From a virus (Duplodnaviria; Caudoviricetes), in the IMG/VR virus record IMGVR_UViG_3300037991_000591, positions 1 to 55,684 of that record: 55,684 bases of DNA. One strand, 5' to 3'. Under the pieces are notes generated by a model. That model had not been told where the DNA came from. It made no database searches and saw only the letters and a list, made by a program, of their open reading frames with translations. Made by a program: the position numbers and the translations under genes. This document shows, piece after piece, positions 49,601 to 55,684 of this stretch. Positions within the stretch are counted from its first letter, which is position 1; each line of letters starts with the position of its first letter.

Positions 49601-50414
49601 AATCAATTGCTCTAGCTGTACCTGCTACTGTAGGCATAGCATCGTTTTGTATTCTAAGATATGAAAGATCACCGGTTACTGTTCCACCACCACTGGTATC
49701 AAAGTCTAATATTTGAACAATAACATCACCCGCTGTACCATTTGATAACTCAACAGTTGAGTGTGTAGCTTGTAAATTAGTAGCAGTTACATTAGCACCT
49801 TCAAGTTTAGCCAAGTTGTTTGCACCTATCATATATGAAATAGTACCATTAGCAGCAGTTGTTGCTCTAGCTAAATTATAAGATCCATACACAGTAGCAT
49901 TTGGACCATTTGTTCCTGTTCCATCATATCTACCTTCTAAATTACCACCAATAGCAAAACCTGTAAAACCTCCAGTTCCTTCAAATTCTCCTTTCGCATA
50001 TAAACCATAGTTAGAGTCTGCTTGTGTACTACCCGTGTTTATACTTTCTCCGTAAAGCGCTACATTTGGAGCTGCAGTAGTTCCGTTTAATGTAGCTTTA
50101 ATACCACTTACTGGACCTGCTTGAGTTAACGTTGGTGAAGATGTAGATACAAATTGACCAGCTAAATCTATAAGACCAGTACTTTCAGTCATAATAGAAT
50201 CACCTAGTAAACCATTTGGACCATCTGTAAACTTAACTATTTTATTTGTAGTACCAGTTCCACTACCCGTACCGGTTACATAAGTTGCTATGTCAGCTAA
50301 TGTAACAGATCTAGTAGGATTGTTATTAGTAGCGTCAACATTTGTTATTACTAATAAGTCTTCTGCCGATAAACTTGATAGCGGTAAATTAGGGTATGTG
50401 TATATTATTGCCAT
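46626..50414 (-). CDS. Long fibre protein with C-terminal intramolecular chaperone (peptidase S74)
   Basis: Many GNVGIGTTSP/E(R/K)MRI repeats; SSDYRLKK...VDYSKIVPLLIKSIQEL. Confidence 0.85.
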   Translation of the reverse strand: MAIIYTYPNLPLSSLSAEDLLVITNVDATNNNPTRSVTLADIATYVTGTGSGTGTTNKIVKFTDGPNGLLGDSIMTESTGLIDLAGQFVSTSSPTLTQAGPVSGIKATLNGTTAAPNVALYGESINTGSTQADSNYGLYAKGEFEGTGGFTGFAIGGNLEGRYDGTGTNGPNATVYGSYNLARATTAANGTISYMIGANNLAKLEGANVTATNLQATHSTVELSNGTAGDVIVQILDFDTSGGGTVTGDLSYLRIQNDAMPTVAGTARAIDSKSVLPSLFTGQVEIPLVPTINAHATSKQYVDQQISSVVSGLVFQSTWDARTQAEGGLAGDAGNPDLSAADKKVVGHYYVVSTAGSATPNGAGTLPNSWNVGDWCIYVEQGATDRWEKLDQTFVSGAGAAGQVTYWNSQNEVAGDNNLFFDSTNKRLGIGTTSPVQNLDVSGNIASNSIYLFDSTSNDRLVLDLDVSDNLQISTGTSAGSRAITFITEGLERMRINSAGDIFISPRDTAASSGSGILYFKNVDDNSATINGGSIRTVDSTNNPSGADMRFQVANDAGTLFDAVAIDSNGFMGIGNMAPDYTLDISGSARINSSVSNAVQLVIDNSNTTDAGTETSEIRFTHYRSYVPGQNVAGNIIVGKEEPWNAANDRNSYMSFKTRTGAAGVTEKMRITSVGNVGIGTTSPDYKLHTKGTVNGNVNIAVENASTGVDAYSSYRLKNDSIDTAVVFLNGSNNTNYAGASSLNMYQGTSLPLGFVTNNLLRMIVAGDGNVGIGTDSPDRKLEVENTSGAGDVCITGTTGSRLYFRPTSSYTPGGNFGILVTGSGAPEYLSTMSITGYGSGINTLMTLKGDGNIGIGTTSPSSKLSIGGNAITTLKPTAVISDTINGASLTLRGQSPILFFDGTAAGVPKILMDGQGIEFKTGTLDTQGDVNFSLDSSGDVSIQNTTGSIFNLRRDDTSIVSGDDLGSIFFQGNDPSSPFKSGAAIIGEGDGTWNMGSPNVYPSRLLFQTAKQNTLITAMRISSDQNVGIGTTTNAGAKLEVANYAEGTYLIVGGDTASNSRALAFTSSTSGVTNGALHTINAQSGNGVIALATAGAERMRADNAGNVLFGTTATPDGTSAYGSGFIPVSTDKVALRMASSSTAQGTLIEFFNPNGTVGHITISGSATTYSTSSDYRLKKDLKDFDGLGKVSKIPVYDFKWKVDNSSSYGVMAHELQDILPDAVSGEKDGEEMQGVDYSKIVPLLIKSIQELEAKVKILENK

Positions 50415-50417
50415 GTG

Positions 50418-50867
50418 TTATGAATAAATTCTTATTTCTAAATAACCGTTGCTTAAAAAACCATCAAGGTTACTAACAGTAGTTCCAGTTTCTATTTGAA
50501 AAAATGTATCACTAAGTCTTTTCCACGTTGAACTTCCATTAATACCTCCAAGATTAAATACAGCCGCTGTTTTATTGGCTGTAAAAACAGATATATTTGC
50601 TTCAGCTCTATATTGTCCAGCAGCAAAACGTGTCCACGTAAAAGTAGCACCCGTATTGTTTTTAAGTTCGGTTACAACAGGAGCGTTAGTTCCAGTCTGT
50701 GTTAAAAGAGCTGCGTAAACTGTATAACCTAATCCAGCATTTACTACATCACCTACTGTAAAGTTCTTAGTTGGGTTTGTTTGATTACCACTAGTTGTCT
50801 TTTGTGTTCCAACTAAGTAATCACCAACTACGGGTGTTACTGATGGATATGCTATTATTCTTGCCAT
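50418..50867 (-). CDS. Short fibre-associated protein
   Basis: N-terminus resembles that of 46626-50414 (I..YP...D.LV...NPT). Confidence 0.6.
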   Translation of the reverse strand: MARIIAYPSVTPVVGDYLVGTQKTTSGNQTNPTKNFTVGDVVNAGLGYTVYAALLTQTGTNAPVVTELKNNTGATFTWTRFAAGQYRAEANISVFTANKTAAVFNLGGINGSSTWKRLSDTFFQIETGTTVSNLDGFLSNGYLEIRIYS

Positions 50868-52111
50868 TATTTATCTTGTTTTTTATCTAGCTCAGCTTTT
50901 AATTCTTGAATAGCTTTTACTAATACTGGGATAAGTTTACCATAGCTAGCTTCTAATTTTTCTGGATTTGAGTCATATACTAGATTTAAAAACTCATTAT
51001 CTACGGTTTGCAATTCTTGAGCAATAAAACCTACGTCTTTTTTACCTTTATTAGCACTGAAGTATTCTTCTTCTACCACTCTATTTCCTTGTTCATCGTC
51101 AACGAGTCTTATTTCAGGTCTATTATCCCATACAAATCTTTTAGGTTTTAAGGAATTTACAAAATCAAGACCATATGGTAAATCTTCAATATTTGTTTTG
51201 TCTCTTTCATCTGACAATGCTGATATTGTACCTTGTTGGCATCTTAATACTGCTACAGAAGAATTACCTAATACAAATTCATTACTAACAGAGCTTCCAG
51301 AAGGTTCTGCATTAAAACCCAACATAGTATTGTTACTACATGGTCCTTGTAAATTAGTACCTGCACCAGAACCTACAGCTGTGTTTTGATTACAAGACGA
51401 ACCACTAGTACCTATATTTTGAAGAGCACTTCTACCCATACCTACATTATCGCTGCAACCCTCATCTATATCCATACCAGATTGAGCGCCTACAAAAGTG
51501 TTACTATTATTCGCGGCACCTTCAGCGTCTCCTGATTTTTCCATACAATCGTAACCTATAGCTACATTTTTACCACCGTCATAATGTGTTGGCATTGCGT
51601 TATATCCAACCGCGACATTATCATCACCATTACAAGATTTTAAAGCGTTACTACCTATACCTACGTTTGAATCAGCACTTGAAGTAATCATTGACATTGC
51701 ATCGAAACCATAACCTGTGTTTCCTGGGCCAGAATTAACTGCTGTTGAACCAAGTATCATTATGTCTAAACCACTATTTATATTAGAAGGAATGCTAGCA
51801 AGAGTTGCTGGAGATGCATAAGTAACACCTGTTATAACAAAACCTCCTATAGTTTTTGGTTTTACTCTTAAAACTTTTCCATTAGCTTGAGATTTTATTA
51901 CATCTTGGATTGATTGTATCACAGCGGCTGAGTTCGATGTGCTTGAGAAAGATAAAGTAAAAGTTAAACTTCCTCCATTGTTTAATTGTAATTTAAAACT
52001 AGTAGATGAAACGGGTTCAATATATTTTACATTGCTCCAGTTTATTACTAATTCTTTTTGTGTTCCTATACCACCAGTTTTCTGGTTGTCAAATACTAGA
52101 TATTGTGTCAT
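50867..52111 (-). CDS. Fibre/spike with N(T/V)(A/G)(V/I)G beta-roll repeats and S74 chaperone
   Basis: NVGIG, NVAVG, NTAVG repeats; LSDERDKTNI...GFIAQELQ...LVKAIQEL. Confidence 0.8.
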   Translation of the reverse strand: MTQYLVFDNQKTGGIGTQKELVINWSNVKYIEPVSSTSFKLQLNNGGSLTFTLSFSSTSNSAAVIQSIQDVIKSQANGKVLRVKPKTIGGFVITGVTYASPATLASIPSNINSGLDIMILGSTAVNSGPGNTGYGFDAMSMITSSADSNVGIGSNALKSCNGDDNVAVGYNAMPTHYDGGKNVAIGYDCMEKSGDAEGAANNSNTFVGAQSGMDIDEGCSDNVGMGRSALQNIGTSGSSCNQNTAVGSGAGTNLQGPCSNNTMLGFNAEPSGSSVSNEFVLGNSSVAVLRCQQGTISALSDERDKTNIEDLPYGLDFVNSLKPKRFVWDNRPEIRLVDDEQGNRVVEEEYFSANKGKKDVGFIAQELQTVDNEFLNLVYDSNPEKLEASYGKLIPVLVKAIQELKAELDKKQDK

Positions 52112-52122
52112 TTTATTTATTA

Positions 52123-52407
52123 TTAAGCGTAAGTTACGTTTGTTATTGCTATTCCAGTAGGTAGTACCGCAACTGCGTTAGATCCATTAGAGTTTAATAA
52201 TGCTTTATTAAGTGCATCACCCATTGATCCGTTCGCCGCAGCACCATGTGTTAAAGTTATTGTGCCGCTTGATGTGCTTTCTGTATATATAGTTGTGCTT
52301 GTTGTGTTTACTTGCTGAAGAAAAGTTATCTCAGCTACATCTATAACTAAATTACCTGTCTTGCTAGTTGAAGATAATCCTGGAGTTGGAATTGTTAATG
52401 TATTCAT
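52123..52407 (-). CDS. Small Thr-rich virion protein
   Basis: 94 aa; first gene of the late block. Confidence 0.6.
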   Translation of the reverse strand: MNTLTIPTPGLSSTSKTGNLVIDVAEITFLQQVNTTSTTIYTESTSSGTITLTHGAAANGSMGDALNKALLNSNGSNAVAVLPTGIAITNVTYA

Positions 52408-52439
52408 TTTTGAATTAATTTTTTTTGTTTTTGTCTATA

Positions 52440-52660
52440 AGTATATACTCACACAAAATAGTGTAAATTTACAAAAAGCTGTGTAATATAGGATCTATTA
52501 TATAATATATTACTCCTATCTAGATATTATACGTAGTATAATATCATAAGGGGGGAAGAGAATTTGAAAAGTAGTTGCAAATAGAGAGATGTAGTGTTCC
52601 CCCTCCCTCAAAAACCGTGCCAAACTCTGTAAAATCAACCTTTTTTTCCCGGCCCTACCG
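52440..52660. other. Palindrome-rich non-coding divergence region (possible genome terminus/origin)
   Basis: Palindromes AGTATATACT and TGTAAATTTACA; hairpin GATATTATAC-GTA-GTATAATATC (52523-52545); GGGGGAA...TTCCCCC inverted repeat. Confidence 0.4.
52444..52471 (-). promoter_or_regulatory. Putative late promoter
   Basis: TAAATT-N13-GTGAGTATA at the head of the minus-strand block. Confidence 0.5.
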
Positions 52661-52689
52661 TTTTTACCTATTTTTTCATAATTTATTTT

Positions 52690-52720
52690 CGAAAGTTAAT
52701 ACAAAAGTATTTAGATAATA
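52690..52720 (+). promoter_or_regulatory. Putative early promoter, copy 1
   Basis: CGAAAGTTAATACAAAAGTATTTAGATAATA; ATG at 52740. Confidence 0.75.
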
Positions 52721-52739
52721 TATATAAATAAATAACACT

Positions 52740-52883
52740 ATGAATTACATTTTAGAAACTTCAATTGACAACATCATTAATCAAATTAAAAAAGAATATC
52801 CATACAATAACACAATGTGTCGTGATAAATATAATGAATCAATACAAAATTACTTATATGAATCAATTACTATTAATTTATAA
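52740..52883 (+). CDS. Small early protein (47 aa)
   Basis: Hand-translated MNYILETSIDNIINQIKKEYPY...TINL*. Confidence 0.5.
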   Translation: MNYILETSIDNIINQIKKEYPYNNTMCRDKYNESIQNYLYESITINL

Positions 52884-52916
52884 TATGACATATTGTCACA
52901 CTATGACATATTGTCC
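52884..52916. promoter_or_regulatory. Tandem palindromic operator-like sites TGACA-N3-TGTC(A/C)
   Basis: TATGACATATTGTC occurs twice, 18 bp apart; a third site is at 55003-55015. Confidence 0.55.
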
Positions 52917-52959
52917 AATAACATACTAATACTTTTATTAACTTAACAAATACACACTT

Positions 52960-53058
52960 ATGAAAAACTTACTTAACATTATTATCAAATCATTTCTTAC
53001 AACATTAACTTCAATTTTTATAATTGGTTTTATATTACTTATGAATCACTTAATATAA
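52960..53058 (+). CDS. Small single-TM peptide (32 aa)
   Basis: MKNLLNIIIKSFLTTLTSIFIIGFILLMNHLI*. Confidence 0.5.
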   Translation: MKNLLNIIIKSFLTTLTSIFIIGFILLMNHLI

Positions 53059-53060
53059 AT

Positions 53061-53091
53061 CGAAACTTAATACTAATAAACTTAGATAATA
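53061..53091 (+). promoter_or_regulatory. Putative early promoter, copy 2
   Basis: CGAAACTTAATACTAATAAACTTAGATAATA. Confidence 0.75.
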
Positions 53092-53133
53092 TAAACGTAA
53101 CAACTTAATACTTAATAACTTAAATAAAATAAT

Positions 53134-53367
53134 ATGAACACACTTAATTCTAAAAGATTTGTTATTCGCAAATCACTAATCGGTAAAAACACAACTATAA
53201 ATGTTGAATTTAAAAATGGAAAACAAGTCACTTACAATCACGATAAAGTATATGAAATCATGAAAGATACGTTGAATTCACTTCCGTGCTACATAAAATA
53301 CAATTCTTACACTAGTTCAACTAATGTTCCTGTGAAAGCTAGACAAGTAGTAGAACACATAAATTAA
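53134..53367 (+). CDS. Early hypothetical protein
   Basis: 77-aa ORF after the promoter motif, with an A-rich leader. Confidence 0.7.
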   Translation: MNTLNSKRFVIRKSLIGKNTTINVEFKNGKQVTYNHDKVYEIMKDTLNSLPCYIKYNSYTSSTNVPVKARQVVEHIN

Positions 53368-53372
53368 TACTT

Positions 53373-53594
53373 ATGAGAATAATAAAATACATAAATCCAC
53401 ACTTTCCAAATCATGACTGGTTTAGATGTACAATAGACAATGAAACTTACTCTTCACCTAGTCGTGATAATGTGGAGTTGTGGCGAGATGACAAGTTAAT
53501 CAATGCTGATTACTATAAAGAACTAAAAGAAATTAGTGATAAAGCAATGGCTCAAATGTACGAGAATAACCACAATAATTGGACAGGTGATTAA
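53373..53594 (+). CDS. Early hypothetical protein
   Basis: 73-aa ORF. Confidence 0.7.
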   Translation: MRIIKYINPHFPNHDWFRCTIDNETYSSPSRDNVELWRDDKLINADYYKELKEISDKAMAQMYENNHNNWTGD

Positions 53595-53595
53595 T

Positions 53596-53626
53596 CGAAA
53601 CATAATACAAATAACTCTAGATAATA
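53596..53626 (+). promoter_or_regulatory. Putative early promoter, copy 3
   Basis: CGAAACATAATACAAATAACTCTAGATAATA. Confidence 0.75.
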
Positions 53627-53641
53627 TATATAAATAAATAT

Positions 53642-53833
53642 ATGAATACAATTAAATTTACTTCTAAGACTACACTAAAACTAAATGGTGTTAACTACAA
53701 AGGCTATAATGTCGGTGAACTTCCTAACTCATTTGGTTTTCTATACAATGAAGACAAAGAATCATATGGTAAATCTCACTGGTTTAACTACAAAGGATTA
53801 ACATTTATTGAAAAAACTGAACTACCATGGTAA
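53642..53833 (+). CDS. Early hypothetical protein
   Basis: 63-aa ORF 15 nt after the motif. Confidence 0.7.
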   Translation: MNTIKFTSKTTLKLNGVNYKGYNVGELPNSFGFLYNEDKESYGKSHWFNYKGLTFIEKTELPW

Positions 53834-54015
53834 CTAATATGAAAGAATTATGCGAGTATAGTAGACAAAAAAGACTATCTCGCAAAGCACAACACGTAGA
53901 AATACTTAAAATCTATGGTGAGTGTAGAGGTATGGGCGACAAGAACTATAAACTTCCGCAAAAGTCTTCGTTCCCTAAACAATATAAAGCGGCTTATAAT
54001 AAAATATGGCGATGA
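53827..54015 (+). CDS. Early basic hypothetical protein
   Basis: 62 aa; the start could be 53839. Confidence 0.6.
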   Translation: MVTNMKELCEYSRQKRLSRKAQHVEILKIYGECRGMGDKNYKLPQKSSFPKQYKAAYNKIWR

Positions 54016-54194
54016 TAACATTAGATAGATATAAACAAAACTTAAAAATATTAGGCGATGATGTGTACTCTTATAGTACTCATGTAGCAACAATAGAATA
54101 TCCTAACTTAAAACAACATGGTTGGTGGAGTGTAACAACTCAAAAACATATTAACTATGTAGCAAAAGAGTATAACTTAAATTTAATAAAATGA
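54012..54194 (+). CDS. Early hypothetical protein
   Basis: ATGA-coupled; YSYSTHVA...SVTTQKHINY. Confidence 0.7.
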   Translation: MITLDRYKQNLKILGDDVYSYSTHVATIEYPNLKQHGWWSVTTQKHINYVAKEYNLNLIK

Positions 54195-54391
54195 AAATAA
54201 ATAAAAATCTAAAAAGAGTATTAGTCACTTTAGCTCTTATAACTGTAGGATTTACTGCGGGTAAACAACAAGGTGAGCAAGAAATATTAAATAGATGGGA
54301 AGATAGATGGTTCGACTCTGATTGGTATGACACTAGATCTATTGAAGATTTCTTATATGATAAAGATTATTCAATAGAACTTGGTGAGTAA
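54191..54391 (+). CDS. Early membrane-anchored small protein
   Basis: N-terminal hydrophobic VLVTLALITVGFTAG and an acidic/aromatic tail. Confidence 0.65.
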   Translation: MKINKNLKRVLVTLALITVGFTAGKQQGEQEILNRWEDRWFDSDWYDTRSIEDFLYDKDYSIELGE

Positions 54392-54392
54392 T

Positions 54393-54423
54393 CGAAACAT
54401 AATACGAATAAAGTCAGATAATA
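54393..54423 (+). promoter_or_regulatory. Putative early promoter, copy 4
   Basis: CGAAACATAATACGAATAAAGTCAGATAATA. Confidence 0.75.
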
Positions 54424-54443
54424 TAATAAACAAATAAATAATT

Positions 54444-54632
54444 ATGTATTGTAGATGTGGAAACACTGTTCACCCAGTAAGATTAGAATTAGGTTATAAA
54501 ACGTGTGTTAGTTGTTCAACAACTCAAACTTACTCGTACGTCCCTATTATCACCCATAAAACTGGTAATACTATACAAATAGTATCGCAAGAGGTTTCCG
54601 CATCTGTACATAAAGCATGGAGGCGTAAATAA
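54444..54632 (+). CDS. DksA/TraR-type C4 zinc-finger protein
   Basis: YCRCGNTVHPVRLELGYKTCVSC resembles C..CG..I...RL......C..C. Confidence 0.65.
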   Translation: MYCRCGNTVHPVRLELGYKTCVSCSTTQTYSYVPIITHKTGNTIQIVSQEVSASVHKAWRRK

Positions 54633-54633
54633 T

Positions 54634-54822
54634 ATGGATAGTAGAAAAGCATACGAATTAATGAAAGAAGAATATATTGATAGAGAAGCAGCTGAGCTTT
54701 GTAATCAAATAGAAAAATCACTAGAACGCATGATAACATATGATAATGGTATGTTAGATGATATAGTATTTAATAAAATTAAAGCACAAGCCATCAAATT
54801 ATTAAAAGAATGGCACTTGTAA
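54634..54822 (+). CDS. Early hypothetical protein
   Basis: 62-aa helical ORF. Confidence 0.65.
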   Translation: MDSRKAYELMKEEYIDREAAELCNQIEKSLERMITYDNGMLDDIVFNKIKAQAIKLLKEWHL

Positions 54823-55002
54823 TCTAGTAGACGAGTAGGTTAATTAGGATGGTTGGAAGGTGCTGCTGTTAGCGGCAGACTATCACGTAACTAAATTGCT
54901 AAGTAGATTACTGATAACTAGGTTTGGATACATCACACGTTTAAGTACGGAGATAAGACTTACTGACGAGTAAAAGAGGTTCGATTCCTTTTCTAGTTAC
55001 TA
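54819..55002 (+). ncRNA. Putative structured ncRNA with a tRNA-like 3' domain
   Basis: GC-richer intergenic segment with nested stems, T-arm AGAGG-TTCGATT-CCTTT and a 7-bp acceptor-like stem AACTAGG/TCTAGTT; no canonical D or anticodon arm. Confidence 0.5.
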
Positions 55003-55015
55003 TGACAAAATGTCA
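55003..55015. promoter_or_regulatory. Palindromic operator-like site TGACA-AAA-TGTCA
   Basis: Directly abuts early promoter copy 5. Confidence 0.5.
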
Positions 55016-55046
55016 CGAAACATAATACGAATAAAGAAAGATAATA
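55016..55046 (+). promoter_or_regulatory. Putative early promoter, copy 5
   Basis: CGAAACATAATACGAATAAAGAAAGATAATA. Confidence 0.75.
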
Positions 55047-55057
55047 AAATAAAACAA

Positions 55058-55288
55058 ATGAAAACATTATATCAAAAACTAAAACCTGAACTTAAATCTA
55101 AACTTAAATACAACTCGATTAAGTACAAATCAGGTCCAAGACAAGTAATTGCAGAACTACATAGATTTTCTAATTACTCTGAATTAACTGTTGGAACTGT
55201 TAAAGACTTAGTATTATATTCAGATATAGATGATAGACGATGGAGTTCTATTGATTGGAGATATGGTGACAAATTATTTAACGACTAA
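55058..55288 (+). CDS. Early hypothetical protein
   Basis: Start moved to ATG 55058 (MKTLYQKLKPE...), downstream of the promoter motif. Confidence 0.7.
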   Translation: MKTLYQKLKPELKSKLKYNSIKYKSGPRQVIAELHRFSNYSELTVGTVKDLVLYSDIDDRRWSSIDWRYGDKLFND

Positions 55289-55291
55289 ATT

Positions 55292-55684
55292 ATGAAAAAA
55301 ATAACTGATGAGCTTATAGATGATAAGCTAAAAGAACAAGGTTTATTACACATAAGTGATATGGACCATGATGAAATGCTAGTAAAACTACAAGCTGAAT
55401 ATGATTTTGATATTGTACATGAGTGGAATCAAGGCGCTCAAATGTATTTCTATCCTGAATCAACAGCTGATGGTTATGAAGTTTATATAGCTTCAGAAAA
55501 TGATTCTAACCCTTATATTGGTCAAGACGTATATTATTATGAGTCAGACTGGTTTGAAAAACTACCTGATGCAATTTATGACGGTTTAACTATTTATGTA
55601 GAAGAATATGCTATGGGTGAAAGTGCGTTTACATATGCTATTGAAGAATTATATGAAGAGCTTTATGAAACAAAGCAAACAGAA
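55292..55684 (+). CDS. Highly acidic early protein (3'-truncated)
   Basis: Open from ATG 55292 to the window end; about 33 D/E versus 7 K and no R in 131 codons. Confidence 0.7.
   Translation, partial: MKKITDELIDDKLKEQGLLHISDMDHDEMLVKLQAEYDFDIVHEWNQGAQMYFYPESTADGYEVYIASENDSNPYIGQDVYYYESDWFEKLPDAIYDGLTIYVEEYAMGESAFTYAIEELYEELYETKQTE

Noticed and set aside
54916-55002. Canonical tRNA gene (e.g. Leu-TAA)
   Set aside because: Acceptor stem and T-arm are present, but there is no 5-bp anticodon stem around TAA and no recognisable D-arm; kept only as tRNA-like.
54939-55021. Hammerhead ribozyme (GTT, TAAGT/ACTTA stem, CTGACGAG ... CGAAAC)
   Set aside because: Stems II and III do not extend beyond 2 bp, and the CGAAAC belongs to the promoter repeat. 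An Infernal search would settle it.
52690-55046. CRISPR array interpretation of the 31-bp repeats
   Set aside because: The copies are degenerate, spaced 371-797 bp apart and separated by whole ORFs; no cas genes are present.
1-55684. Stop-codon reassignment as in some crAss-like phages
   Set aside because: Genes are full-length under code 11, and TAG/TGA end genes at sensible places (e.g. nrdB, fibre 35363, ATGA overlaps).
1-55684. Prophage or host-flank interpretation (groEL, nrdAB, outer-membrane protein as bacterial genes)
   Set aside because: These genes are embedded in and coupled to phage operons with uniform composition; no integrase, att site or housekeeping context is seen.

Overview
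AT-rich (~30% GC) stretch of a lytic dsDNA tailed phage. The host is probably a Bacteroidota/flavobacterium (podovirus-like, distantly crAss-like head-tail gene order); this is inferred from gene content and SD-less A/U-rich leaders. There are three blocks. (1) 1-4860, + strand: nucleotide metabolism (MazG-like, endonuclease I-like, nrdB, nrdA), ending at a bidirectional terminator. (2) 4935-52407, - strand, late block: lysis/envelope genes, a 2258-aa putative injected protein, tail and ring proteins, capsid, scaffold, portal, terminase, a GroES-like protein, fibres, many small basic proteins, GroES/GroEL. (3) 52690-end, + strand: tiny early-type genes. The best candidate for a new system is transcriptional. 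The giant virion protein carries a sigma70 region-2-like segment, plus PD-(D/E)XK-like and HAD domains. The early genes are preceded by five copies of a 31-bp non-host promoter-like motif (CGAAASWTAATACNAAW-N6-AGATAATA), and the late genes by a different bipartite motif (TARAWW-N13-GTRANNAT). Other notable items are about 10 small basic proteins sharing an [S/T]P-hydrophobic-K motif next to a HExxH peptidase, a ~180-nt structured RNA with a tRNA-like 3' domain, a GC-rich possibly overprinted patch in terL, and a phage-encoded outer-membrane/periplasmic module. All protein calls come from reading motifs by eye; no database searches were run.
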